Assembly: GCA_030610815.1 (NCBI GenBank)
Contig: JAUWRA010000044.1
Span: forward strand, 1-15,547
DNA length: 15,547 nucleotides
Direction: 5' to 3'
From: Methanosarcinales archaeon
GTDB taxonomy: Archaea; Halobacteriota; Methanosarcinia; Methanosarcinales; Methanocomedenaceae
This document shows positions 1 through 9,138 of this stretch, piece after piece (the first letter of the stretch is position 1; each line of letters begins with the position of its first letter). Position numbers and translations under genes: made by a program. Below the pieces are notes generated by a model. It saw only the letters and a list, made by a program, of their open reading frames with translations. It did no database searches and had not been told where the DNA came from.

Positions 1-1532
1 GATACATACTTGCCGCCCGATGGGGTTACCACTACATCGCCATCAGGCACATCACCCACGATCTCAGTGGTATAGCACAGGTTGTGCGCCATCATGATGG
101 TGGGATAGAGCGACTTATAGTCCAGTATGACCACATCTTCCATCAGGCCCTTTTTTGGTTCCAGCACCTCGCCGCCTTTGAGTTCTTCACTTTTTACCCG
201 GCGCTGGTGGGCCAGGTCGCCATCGGGCCTGGGCGCCATGACCCTGTTGTGGGAACGGTACTCCCTGAGCAGGATGTTCTCGACCATATTTGTCTGGCCA
301 CCGTCCAGGATGTCCTGGATCAGGGTGCCGCTGACCCTGGATAATGCCATGAACCTGTCCAGCAGGCTTAACTGCTGCAAAAGGTCCATTGCCAGTTCAG
401 CATCCCGCCTGGCATAATCGATAAATTTCCTGAACTTCTCACCTGTATCGTTCCAGTATTCTTCCATATCTGCCGGATTAACATCCAGCTTCTCTTTATC
501 CAGCAGTTCCCTGGCAGTGTTCTTCAGTGTATACTGTTTCAGGCTGAAATCCCGCCTGAGGATGGGCAGTACGTCCACGGCGAGACGACCTGCCATATAT
601 ATCTTTGTCACATATCCGATCTTGCGGTAGAACACTGACCTGCCGTCACGGCCCATTGCCGATTTTATCTTGATCTTGCGATCTGCTTCCAGGGTCTTTA
701 TTCTGTCCACGATGTAGGGAATATCGAACCCGTTGGAATTGTATCCGACGAACACGTCAGGGTCATATTCCCTGATAATTCTAAAGAAGCGCTCAAGCAT
801 TTCCACTTCATCATTGAAGGTTTCGTTATCGCTGTCAAGCCCGCCTGTTTTTTTTGACAACAGGACACTGGTTCTGCTGCCATTGAATTCCGGCTCGAAT
901 GTGCAGCTTATCATGACAATAGGGGCTTTTTCAGGTACAGGCATGCCGCCGTCGATTGGCAGGCATTCGATATCGAATGCCATGTACTTTAACTGGGAAT
1001 TTGGGATAATATCTACAGGCGTTATAGTGTCAGCTACTATCTTGACCTGTGATTCCACCTCGAACAGGCTGATACCATTGAACTTATCCTCCCCCAGCGG
1101 TTCCGAATCGGTCTCGACCCAGGACATGCCGCCGATACCCGAATCTATCATGAACCGGTTCCGAAACAGTATATCGGTCTCATATATCCCTGAGACGCCC
1201 CTGGTATTCAGGATGTCATCCCTTATGGCAGGTACGCCTTTTGGGTCCTTGAGGATGAGTTTTAGCATGGTGGTAGGTTTATTAAAATATCCTACTGGTT
1301 CATAGCGTTCTGTTAGCTGTACGTCGGTGACGTGTTCTGTGAACGTTGCTTTGATATTTTCTGCCAGTTCACCTGCCTTCCCAGGGTTATCTGGTTTTAA
1401 AAAGAAGTACGGTTTGAAGCCAGGTACAAAACAGCAAATGCTCTGCCCGGCTTCGTTCTTACCGTACAGGCGTATGACCGGGTTGCCCAGATCATCATAG
1501 GTATAGTCGGCATCCAGGATCTGGAATTTCAT
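1..1532 (-). CDS. polB: Family B DNA polymerase (archaeal PolB), N-terminal ~510 codons; the 3' end runs off the left window edge
   Basis: Not in the supplied ORF track because there is no stop in the window. Hand translation of the minus strand from ATG at 1532-1530 gives MKFQILDADYTYDDLGNPVIRLYGKNEAGQSICCFVPGFKPYFFL. Exo I FDIE lies at 966-977, followed by Exo II-like YNSNGFDIPY and Exo III-like YARRDA. Polymerase motif A ILDYKSLYPTIMMAHNLCYTT lies at about 60-125. The frame stays open to position 3. Confidence 0.9.
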   Translation of the reverse strand, partial: MKFQILDADYTYDDLGNPVIRLYGKNEAGQSICCFVPGFKPYFFLKPDNPGKAGELAENIKATFTEHVTDVQLTERYEPVGYFNKPTTMLKLILKDPKGVPAIRDDILNTRGVSGIYETDILFRNRFMIDSGIGGMSWVETDSEPLGEDKFNGISLFEVESQVKIVADTITPVDIIPNSQLKYMAFDIECLPIDGGMPVPEKAPIVMISCTFEPEFNGSRTSVLLSKKTGGLDSDNETFNDEVEMLERFFRIIREYDPDVFVGYNSNGFDIPYIVDRIKTLEADRKIKIKSAMGRDGRSVFYRKIGYVTKIYMAGRLAVDVLPILRRDFSLKQYTLKNTARELLDKEKLDVNPADMEEYWNDTGEKFRKFIDYARRDAELAMDLLQQLSLLDRFMALSRVSGTLIQDILDGGQTNMVENILLREYRSHNRVMAPRPDGDLAHQRRVKSEELKGGEVLEPKKGLMEDVVILDYKSLYPTIMMAHNLCYTTEIVGDVPDGDVVVTPSGGKYV

Positions 1533-1694
1533 CTGGTCATATAGTTAATTTGGAATTGACTTAAGAGTTTCCAAAACTATTCCACCGTTTCCTTTCGTTT
1601 ACAGATATAAAGATTAACTTGGTCCACCTTTCATGCTGGCATCGAAGTGTTTACTATCATTCAGTACTATTAGAATGTGAGGAATGAAAGTAGA

Positions 1695-2417
1695 ATGGTA
1701 CATGAGATTATTCAGGCACAGTGTCCTAATTGTTCACCACATGAACCTGTGCCCCACGATATACTGAAAGAAAAACCTGACATATTGATAAAATGTACAT
1801 TATGTAGTACAATCCATCCTTATTACTCTGAAAAAAAGAAGAAAACAAATATCAGGGTTGTTATCAGTGCAGGCGATAACTCCACCAAAAGCACAATTGT
1901 CCAGGATTGTGATGAGATCATATCCGTGGATGATGAGTTCATAGTGGAAAGCGAACCCGAAGGCGATGCCAGTTTTGTGCTTGTCACATCGATCGAATCA
2001 GGCGACAAACGGGTAAATAGTGCCAGGGCCGATGAGATCGACACAATATGGACCCGGTATACGGATACAGTCACGACCAAGATATCCATCACACGGGGCT
2101 GGCAGACAGAATCCATTGAAATGGAAGTGCCTGGTGAACGGGAGTTCACAGTCGGGGAAATGTTGTCGTCGGGGTCTAACAGGTTCGTAATAAAAAAGAT
2201 AAAAGTGCGGGATGGGCAATTCCTTAAAAGGAACGGGGAGTGCATCATGGCAAAATACATCAAACGTATCTTTGCCGACTCCTCTGAACGGATGGAATGG
2301 TTAAGGGATTATAAAAAGACAGGTAAAAAAAGACCTGGCAAATCCTACTCCGGCGGACCTGTGATCAAACCACGGGGGCCTTCAACATGGACCTTGAAAA
2401 GGAAAGAAGGCAACTAA
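1695..2417 (+). CDS. Conserved archaeal Zn-ribbon protein of unknown function with a basic C-terminal tail (COG1326-like)
   Basis: The ORF track gives 1677..2417 from a GTG; the first ATG is at 1695 ([41 protein letters not shown]). It has a CxxC...CxxC zinc-ribbon signature and a Lys/Arg/Gly-rich C-terminus. Its end overlaps the pcm start by 31 nt, suggesting co-transcription. Confidence 0.65.
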   Translation: MVHEIIQAQCPNCSPHEPVPHDILKEKPDILIKCTLCSTIHPYYSEKKKKTNIRVVISAGDNSTKSTIVQDCDEIISVDDEFIVESEPEGDASFVLVTSIESGDKRVNSARADEIDTIWTRYTDTVTTKISITRGWQTESIEMEVPGEREFTVGEMLSSGSNRFVIKKIKVRDGQFLKRNGECIMAKYIKRIFADSSERMEWLRDYKKTGKKRPGKSYSGGPVIKPRGPSTWTLKRKEGN

Positions 2418-3025
2418 TAAATGGATTAAGATCAAGATATCCGGAAATCCGGGATAGGGTTCTTGATGCAATGGTATGTGTGCCCAGGCACAGTTTCATG
2501 CATGAAAGTGAGCAGAGGTTCGCATATGCGGACAATCCGCTTTCGATCGGGGAGGGACAGACCATATCTGCACCACATATGGTGGCCATAATGTGTAACC
2601 TGCTGGAGCTTGAGCCCGGGCAGAAAGTGCTGGAAGTGGGAGGGGGTTGCGGATATCATGCTGCTGTCATGGCCGAACTGGTCCGCCCGGGCGGACATGT
2701 ATATACAATTGAACGCATCCCATCACTGGCTGAGTTTGCACGTAAAAACCTGGTCAATACGGGATATGAAGATGTAACTGTCATAATCGAGGACGGCAGC
2801 CAGGGATTGCCCGCACTTGCTCCTTTTGACAGGATATCTGTGGCATGTTCTGCGCCTGAAGTGCCTGAGGTCCTGGTCGAACAACTGGCAGCAGGTGGAA
2901 AGATGGTGATACCTGTGGGCCGTTACATGCAGGAACTGTACCTGGTCACGAAGTCGAACGGCGTAAAAAAAGAAGCAAAGGGTGGGGTCGTGTTTGTACC
3001 CCTGGTTGGGAAATACGGATTCTGA
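2387..3025 (+). CDS. pcm: Protein-L-isoaspartate O-methyltransferase
   Basis: The 212 aa ORF carries family hallmarks: [25 protein letters not shown], the SAM-binding [18 protein letters not shown], and MVIPVG near the C-terminus. Confidence 0.93.
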   Translation: MDLEKERRQLINGLRSRYPEIRDRVLDAMVCVPRHSFMHESEQRFAYADNPLSIGEGQTISAPHMVAIMCNLLELEPGQKVLEVGGGCGYHAAVMAELVRPGGHVYTIERIPSLAEFARKNLVNTGYEDVTVIIEDGSQGLPALAPFDRISVACSAPEVPEVLVEQLAAGGKMVIPVGRYMQELYLVTKSNGVKKEAKGGVVFVPLVGKYGF

Positions 3026-3148
3026 TTTCAATAATTAATTTGAAGACTTTTAGAATAAATTGAAAAATATCTGAATTTATTGCCACAGACCAATCATATC
3101 CTTTACAGTCATATCCTTTAATGTAGCCGCCCTCCAATATATCCAGAC

Positions 3149-4357
3149 ATGCCTTCGCTATGTGTATCCTGTAAGGGGAAGGGGCTGTGCGGCCGTCCTG
3201 CCTGCCCCATACTTGAGAGGTTCAAGTCACTTGGCACAACTCCCAAGCTTTCTGATAACATTTTTGGTGCATCTCCTCCCTCGGTCTTTGTAGGACGGTA
3301 CGGGTATCCGCAGGTATCTGCGGGACCACTGGTCCCGCCGGAGGTCACGGGCAGTGATGCTGCAGTCTATGACAGTCCGGGCTCATGGAACAACTTAAGT
3401 ATCAGGGATATCGTGGGACTCAGGTCCGGCCTGGTCAGGTCAAATATAAAATTCCATGTGAAGGATGCCTCAAATCCCGATGCCATGCTGCAAAAGACCC
3501 AGGAACTGGCATTATCTGAAAAACCTGTAGATACAGAGGTGTGGTTCAGCAAGGTGCCCCGTGTGGGACTGCGTTTCGATGGCGTACTTTCGCCCATGGG
3601 CCCTGCCGGAGAGGTTACAAAGCTGGATATAGCCCAGAACCCGGTAGTCCCCAGGCAGGTGGATAAAGCAGTAAGTGATACCGATGCCAGGGCTGTGGAT
3701 GAGATAGGGGAACTCTATAACGCAGATATCACTGTGGACCACATTAACAGGTTACTTTCTATCGGACTGCTGGGAAAACAGCGCAAGATCGTGCCCACCC
3801 GCTGGTCCATCACCGCCACAGATGATATGGTTGGGAAGATGTTGATCGATGATATCCGGTATTTCCCTGAGGTCAATGATGTCCTGCTGTATAGCGGAGG
3901 ATTACACGGGAACCACTTCGAGATACTGGTGTTTCCCGGGGCCTTTGCGTACGAATTAATAGAGATATGGATGCCAAAGGCTGTATGGTCAACCGGGGCA
4001 ACTTCAGTAGGATCGGATTGGGAAGACTATGGCGGCAAGAAAGGATACTCGAACCTGGGCGGCGGGTATTATGCGGCACGCCTGCCTGTGCTTGAGCACC
4101 TGCACCGGATGCACCGCAGTGCCAATGTGTTCGCGATCAGGGAAATTACACCCGATTACTGGGCACCCCTGGGGGTATGGGTGGTCAGGGAAGCTGCCCG
4201 GGAAGCTGTGTCATCGGTCCCGGTGAGTTTTGATTCCGTTAACGATGCACTGGATGATATGTCTTTGCGGATAAATACCGTTAGCGAGATGTGGCGACCC
4301 GAATCAAAACTGCTGGATAGGAAGATGAACCAGAAGAGGCTAATGGATTTTCTTTAG
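3149..4357 (+). CDS. nreA: Nre-family DNA repair protein (NreA-like, DUF650/DUF651 architecture) with a C-terminal PIP box
   Basis: The 402 aa ORF has an N-terminal Cys cluster (LCVSCKGKGLCGRPACPIL) typical of archaeal Nre proteins. The last eight residues, QKRLMDFL (4331-4354), fit the PCNA-interacting consensus QxxLxxF(F/L/Y). Confidence 0.78.
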   Translation: MPSLCVSCKGKGLCGRPACPILERFKSLGTTPKLSDNIFGASPPSVFVGRYGYPQVSAGPLVPPEVTGSDAAVYDSPGSWNNLSIRDIVGLRSGLVRSNIKFHVKDASNPDAMLQKTQELALSEKPVDTEVWFSKVPRVGLRFDGVLSPMGPAGEVTKLDIAQNPVVPRQVDKAVSDTDARAVDEIGELYNADITVDHINRLLSIGLLGKQRKIVPTRWSITATDDMVGKMLIDDIRYFPEVNDVLLYSGGLHGNHFEILVFPGAFAYELIEIWMPKAVWSTGATSVGSDWEDYGGKKGYSNLGGGYYAARLPVLEHLHRMHRSANVFAIREITPDYWAPLGVWVVREAAREAVSSVPVSFDSVNDALDDMSLRINTVSEMWRPESKLLDRKMNQKRLMDFL

Positions 4358-4408
4358 GATTGTGCAAATGAAGACTTAACTAAAGATACAAATGAAGATA
4401 GAAAGTCA

Positions 4409-4437
4409 AGAAAATGCACACTTCGTTCGCATTTTCT
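4409..4437 (+). terminator. Perfect 9-bp-stem hairpin (agaaaatgc / gcattttct, 11-nt loop) about 50 nt downstream of nreA
   Basis: Inverted repeat read directly from the sequence. No oligo-T tract follows, so a terminator role is only tentative. Confidence 0.3.
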
Positions 4438-4511
4438 AAGCCTACTGGAAAGTATATACTTTCCTATACGTTGAATAACATTAAATCATAGTATCCTCAT
4501 AGGTTCCTTCT

Positions 4512-5228
4512 ATGCCTGAAATTGAACAGTCCCGGGTGGCCGGCCTTGAACAAGTACATTTCCAGACCGTTCGCCCGAAAAAGATGGCCATGTTCAATAC
4601 GAGCAGTACTGAATTGAAACATCTGTTCATTTCCTGGGTGGCAATATCCTATGCATTCGCCATTATGCTCGCATGGATTGAACTTGGCAACAATAAACCC
4701 ACGAGCTCTCAGATATTTGGGTCTTCTCAAATATTGGGATCGAATATCACTGACTTGTTTATAATCTCCCTGGTCACGGTGGGTATAGCCTTTATTTTCC
4801 ATGAGATGGGGCACAAGTTCGTTGCTCAGCAGTACGGTGCATGGGCCGAGTTCAGGATGAGTTTCGGGATGTTACTGCTGGCCATTTACATGGCATGGCA
4901 GATCGGTATCCTGTTTGCAGCACCCGGGGCCGTGCGGATATTCGGACCACTCATAACCAATAAACAATACGGTAAGATCGCTGCCGCAGGACCTGTGATG
5001 AACCTCTTTTTGGCTTTTGCTTTCATGCCGCTGTTAAATGGTACCGGGTTTTTAAACGATATAGGTCGCCTGGGTGTGATCATCAATATGATGCTGGCAG
5101 GATTCAATATGCTGCCGATCAGCATACTGGACGGGCGCAAGGTGCTGGCATGGAGTCCGATTGTATATATCGGGTTGTTCATGACAATAATTGTTGTAGG
5201 TATGTTCTTTGTTGCCATATTGATATAA
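4512..5228 (+). CDS. Peptidase M50 / site-2 protease family membrane metalloprotease
   Basis: It has HEMGH (HExxH) in a hydrophobic segment, plus the second family motif NMLPISILDG, and multiple predicted TM segments. An alternative start is ATG 4584 (MAMFNTSS). Confidence 0.85.
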   Translation: MPEIEQSRVAGLEQVHFQTVRPKKMAMFNTSSTELKHLFISWVAISYAFAIMLAWIELGNNKPTSSQIFGSSQILGSNITDLFIISLVTVGIAFIFHEMGHKFVAQQYGAWAEFRMSFGMLLLAIYMAWQIGILFAAPGAVRIFGPLITNKQYGKIAAAGPVMNLFLAFAFMPLLNGTGFLNDIGRLGVIINMMLAGFNMLPISILDGRKVLAWSPIVYIGLFMTIIVVGMFFVAILI

Positions 5229-5384
5229 GAATGGAAAAGACATCACTCCTGCAATAATTAACAAATAATCACTTATATTTTCGATTTGCTGTTCGATTCC
5301 AGTAAGACTTTTATAGTTTAAACAATCTGGAAGATTCCTGAAAAAATTCGAATTACCATTCACATTGCCTGTGAGGAAGCACAA

Positions 5385-6521
5385 TTGAACACAGAACTGA
5401 TTGAACCATTCGATCTTAAGATCGGATATCTTACTCCAAAAAACCCCATTGCTCTTGCCCCTATGGCAGGTATTACCAACAGCAATTTTGCACAACAGTT
5501 CACTGACCATGCAGGACTGGTGGTACTGGGCGGTTATAACCTGGATGAAAGTACAAACGATGCTGCAAAAAGAATTGCCCAGCGCGGGCGCAGTGAGTTC
5601 GTAACAGATTCACCAATGGAATTCCTGACATCTGAACTGGAAACAATCACTGAAAACTCTGATGATTGTGCCGTACTTGTTAATGTCAGGGCGGCAGATA
5701 TCGATGTATATGTCGAAGCTGCCCGGATCGCTAAAAAATACGGGGCGGGTATTGAAATAAATGCACACTGCCGCCAGCCCGAGATAATGGAACTGGGCGC
5801 AGGTCAATCCCTGCTTGAGCATCCTGATACACTGCGCGAGATCATTGAAGCGGTCAAGGGCACGGGAGTTGTAGTCTCAGTCAAGATCAGGGCCAATGTG
5901 GTTGACGACCTGATGACTGCCTATATGATTGAAAAGGCTGGTGCCCATATCATCCATATCGATGCCGTGGGCAGGCATGGGGCTGACGTCAATCTCATAA
6001 AAAGGATACGCAACATTACATCCATGTTTATTATTGGTAACAATTCGATCGTTGATTATTCTGCAGCCAAGTCCATGTTCTCCAGGGGCGCTGATATGGT
6101 CTCTGCTGCCAGGGCAGTATTAAAAGAACCCAACACCCTGCGGTTCCTTGTGGACCAGATCACCTCATACCAGATGACCACGGGCTGGTATAATTCGCCA
6201 AAACACATATGCGGCGGCGGGGACCTGCGGGCACTGGCTTTTTGCTGCCTGCCAGTAAAACCCTGTGCAGTTCACAATGCCCTTAACCAGATCGGTATGT
6301 CAGCCGAGGAGTTTACAAAGCTGAAACTGCAAATGGTAAAGGGAACACTCCTGGAATACGGGGATAGTACCTGTTTCGGGAGCATGGCATGGTGCTGCAA
6401 GATCACCAAACCATGTTTCTTAAGGGACGGCGTGCTGGAAGTGGTGGGTCTTTCTGATATCGAATTTATGCGTCTTAAAAAGCAGATGTCTGAAGAAATA
6501 CTGGCACACCGAAAGCGATAA
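5385..6521 (+). CDS. DUS/FMN-oxidoreductase-like TIM-barrel protein with a duplicated Cys-rich C-terminal module (resembles methanogenesis marker 9 proteins)
   Basis: TTG start. The N-terminus PIALAPMAGITN resembles the dihydrouridine-synthase-like LAPMAG motif. The C-terminal 100 aa holds two copies of a CC-x4-KPC ... G(M/L)S-x-xEF-x-(K/R)LK-x-QM module. The marker-9 assignment is from memory of the family, not from a search. Confidence 0.6.
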   Translation: MNTELIEPFDLKIGYLTPKNPIALAPMAGITNSNFAQQFTDHAGLVVLGGYNLDESTNDAAKRIAQRGRSEFVTDSPMEFLTSELETITENSDDCAVLVNVRAADIDVYVEAARIAKKYGAGIEINAHCRQPEIMELGAGQSLLEHPDTLREIIEAVKGTGVVVSVKIRANVVDDLMTAYMIEKAGAHIIHIDAVGRHGADVNLIKRIRNITSMFIIGNNSIVDYSAAKSMFSRGADMVSAARAVLKEPNTLRFLVDQITSYQMTTGWYNSPKHICGGGDLRALAFCCLPVKPCAVHNALNQIGMSAEEFTKLKLQMVKGTLLEYGDSTCFGSMAWCCKITKPCFLRDGVLEVVGLSDIEFMRLKKQMSEEILAHRKR

Positions 6522-6715
6522 ATAGTAATTTTTAATCTGGAAACATCCTGATCCTGATCAACGATGGGGGTGAAAAGCAGTTGTACTTTTAGCCGTACTT
6601 TTTCAAAACTTTGATGATTCAATACATTGTTAAAGAAACTGAGCAATTCACCCGATTATTGGATCGATCTAAATTATGGTGGTATAGTATTAAAAAAGAA
6701 GAAAAATTCTCACTA

Positions 6716-8452
6716 ATGGAAAAACATGAAAAAAAAGTAATTTTCACAATCGTAGTTATTAGTATCCTTTTTTTACTTTTAATTGTCTTTATGGGAATAA
6801 AAACCCACAATGATCTGGATGAAGTTGTAAAGCAGGAATTCAATAAACAACAATTGCTCCTTGTCAAGCAGTTTTCAACTGGTGTAGAGGAATTCCTGAA
6901 TGAAAAAGTTGAATTGACAGAATCAATAGCCCGAAACCATGCAAATGATTCTCCTGAGGAATTCCAGGCATTATTTATAGATATCTACGAAGGTAGCACA
7001 GGTTATTATGCCCTGGAGTACATCAATGCCAGTGGTGTGGTTGTTGCAGGTTATCCGGAAGAAAATGTTCCTATTGGATATAACCTGTATGAAAATAACA
7101 GGGAATATCCAATTGAACATGCCAGGGACACCAGGGATGCATATTGTACGAATCCGGTTGATCTTTTTGAAGGGGGTCTTGGTTCGTTTATCTGGGTCCC
7201 GATCTTTGATGGAGAGGAGCATAAAGGAACCATACTTGGGATAATACGAATCTCCACCCTGGTAGAAAAATATCTCGAACATAACGATTCTTTCTGTTAT
7301 GTATATCTTGTTGACAGGAACACACAGGTATTGTATGATGGGTCCGGGCAATATACTGCAGGAGATAATTATTTTGATATGCTTAATGAATCAAATCCGG
7401 AATGGATGCACATCATAGAAGAACAGTTGAACGGGGCAGAAGGAACTGCAGAATTTACTCTAAATGGAAAATACAATACATCAGAAAACCAGATGATAGC
7501 ATTCTCACCTATAGAGTGGCGGCGGCGGTTATGGTCAGTGGCGATTGTATGCCCTTCTGAAAAAGTTGAAGAAATTGTAAACCCAATATTAGTGAAACAT
7601 ACACTCCTCGTATTATTCTCTGCCAGTATCACCTTGCTGGGTGGATTCTCCCTTATCCTGCTGCTTACAAGCTGGAACAGATCCCTGAAACTTGAAGTTC
7701 ACAATAAAACCTATGAACTCAAGCAGTCCAATGAATTCCTGGAAAAGGCAAACCAGAAGCTAAAGGAACTGGATGGATTGAAATCCGATTTTGTTTCCAT
7801 GGTTTCGCATGAACTCAAAATGCCCCTTACCGCTATAAAGACTTCAACCGAACTGTTAAAAGATGCTGACGAGAACGAATTGATCGATAAAGATGAATTG
7901 ATCGAGAAGATACTGCGAAATGTTGACCGCCAGACACGTATGGTCAATGACCTGCTGAATCTTTCCCGGATCGAATCAGGCATGATGAACTTCAATAAAG
8001 AAGAAGTAGATCTACACGAAGTTATCAGTACATCTATCGAGACTATTGAGAAAACCGCCTATGACCTGGGAATAGGTATTTACACATCCGTTCCCGAACA
8101 CCTGCCCGGCATTACTGGAAATAAGGATGCCCTTGTATCCGTATTTGTAAACCTGTTGAATAATTCCCTGAAATTCACTCCATGGGGGGGCAGGATCGAT
8201 ATTGACATCGTGGAACTTGACCAGTATATACAGGCCACTGTAAAAGATAATGGAATTGGACTGGGAACTGACGATATTGGAAAAATATTTGAAAAATTCT
8301 ATCGGGTGGGTAATGATATATACAATGATACCATCGGGACGGGTCTGGGTCTTGCCATCGCAAAAGGGATTGTTGAAGGGCATGGAGGTTCGATTGAGGT
8401 AGAAAGCAAGGAAGGCAAAGGTATAACATTTACCTTCACAGTAAAAAAGTAG
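6716..8452 (+). CDS. Sensor histidine kinase with an extracytoplasmic Cache-like domain, HisKA and HATPase_c
   Basis: The ORF is open from TTG 6611 / ATG 6614, but ATG 6716 (MEKHEKKVIFTIVVISILFLLLIVFMGI) places a TM helix at the N-terminus as expected. A second TM (LLVLFSASITLLGGFSLILLL) follows. Other motifs: H-box SHELKMPLTAI, N-box NLLNNSLKF, G1 DNGIGL, G2 GTGLGLAIAKGIVEGHGG. Confidence 0.9.
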   Translation: MEKHEKKVIFTIVVISILFLLLIVFMGIKTHNDLDEVVKQEFNKQQLLLVKQFSTGVEEFLNEKVELTESIARNHANDSPEEFQALFIDIYEGSTGYYALEYINASGVVVAGYPEENVPIGYNLYENNREYPIEHARDTRDAYCTNPVDLFEGGLGSFIWVPIFDGEEHKGTILGIIRISTLVEKYLEHNDSFCYVYLVDRNTQVLYDGSGQYTAGDNYFDMLNESNPEWMHIIEEQLNGAEGTAEFTLNGKYNTSENQMIAFSPIEWRRRLWSVAIVCPSEKVEEIVNPILVKHTLLVLFSASITLLGGFSLILLLTSWNRSLKLEVHNKTYELKQSNEFLEKANQKLKELDGLKSDFVSMVSHELKMPLTAIKTSTELLKDADENELIDKDELIEKILRNVDRQTRMVNDLLNLSRIESGMMNFNKEEVDLHEVISTSIETIEKTAYDLGIGIYTSVPEHLPGITGNKDALVSVFVNLLNNSLKFTPWGGRIDIDIVELDQYIQATVKDNGIGLGTDDIGKIFEKFYRVGNDIYNDTIGTGLGLAIAKGIVEGHGGSIEVESKEGKGITFTFTVKK

Positions 8453-8456
8453 CATT

Positions 8457-8666
8457 ATGATCGTACAGGAAGATGCTGAGGATTTCAATGAACTTGACAG
8501 GAAGATCAAGGAGGAAGCCGGGAAGAGGACTGATTCTGTCCTTGTCTGCCCCCAGTGCAATTCGACAAACGTCACGTATTACATGGGTCTCAAGACCGGT
8601 GTCCAGTACCAGTGCAAGGAATGCGACTACGTGGGTGCATTTATTATTGAAAGGGACAAAGAATAG
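8457..8666 (+). CDS. Small (69 aa) Zn-ribbon protein, unknown function
   Basis: It starts 4 nt after the kinase stop. Two CxxC pairs are present (CPQCNS ... CKECDY). The gene is short, so coding status is moderately supported. Confidence 0.5.
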   Translation: MIVQEDAEDFNELDRKIKEEAGKRTDSVLVCPQCNSTNVTYYMGLKTGVQYQCKECDYVGAFIIERDKE

Positions 8667-8821
8667 AACCGACAAGAAAATCCTCTGTTCGGTCGGATCA
8701 ACTTGACCAGATGATCTTATAGATCATTTACTACGAGAAAGGTATAACAAGTCATACAAAATAAATACAAAAGTTTTTTTACATAAAAGCCTTCAATGGA
8801 AGGATGAGGAGATAAAACAAA

Positions 8822-9133
8822 ATGAATGCAGAAATCGAAAAATGGGCTTCACAACAGGACTTACTTGCACTGCTATACTCACTGATCCTGGCAATAGTAT
8901 CCACTGCTGTTATCTGGATACTTGATAAGTTCATGTTCAAGCATACGGATTTCAATCCGCTGACCGAGGTCCAGTTCTATGGTGTTCTTTTTATCGTGGT
9001 TTTTGGCTTAATTGCGGGTCTTATGTTTTATAGGGAAACGAAAGAGACTACAGAAAAAGTGAGTGAGTTCAGGACCAAGATGGACAAGAAAAAGCTGAAA
9101 AAATCCAAAAAGGCAAAGGCCCGGTCCCGATAA
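8822..9133 (+). CDS. Small membrane protein (2 predicted TM helices, Lys-rich C-terminal tail)
   Basis: A purine-rich ggatgaggag lies upstream of the ATG. Hydrophobic segments are LLALLYSLILAIVSTAVIWIL and FYGVLFIVVFGLIAGLMFY. The tail is KKKLKKSKKAKARSR. Confidence 0.55.
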   Translation: MNAEIEKWASQQDLLALLYSLILAIVSTAVIWILDKFMFKHTDFNPLTEVQFYGVLFIVVFGLIAGLMFYRETKETTEKVSEFRTKMDKKKLKKSKKAKARSR

Positions 9134-9138
9134 ATCTT

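Noticed and set aside
733-1305. 190-aa plus-strand ORF (and the 84..417 plus-strand ORFs) in the ORF track
   Set aside because: They lie antisense to the hand-translated PolB reading frame, which carries unmistakable exonuclease and polymerase motifs. Their peptides are low-complexity, Ser/Leu-rich shadow-frame products.
1533-1694. Replication origin between polB and the Zn-ribbon gene
   Set aside because: There are no repeated ORB-like boxes, no extended AT-rich unwinding element and no adjacent orc1/cdc6 gene. It looks like an ordinary divergent promoter region.
1823-2263. Minus-strand ORFs antisense to the Zn-ribbon, pcm, nreA, kinase and RPA genes (for example 1823..2263, 2723..3031, 6971..7351, 8012..8575, 9803..10132 on the opposite strand)
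   Set aside because: All overlap stronger, motif-bearing genes on the other strand and have no recognisable motifs. They are typical shadow ORFs.
6611-6715. N-terminal 35-codon extension of the histidine kinase from TTG 6611 / ATG 6614
   Set aside because: The extension is hydrophilic and would precede the signal-anchor TM helix. ATG 6716 gives the standard short-cytoplasmic-tail-then-TM arrangement. The longer form cannot be excluded without transcript or proteomic data.
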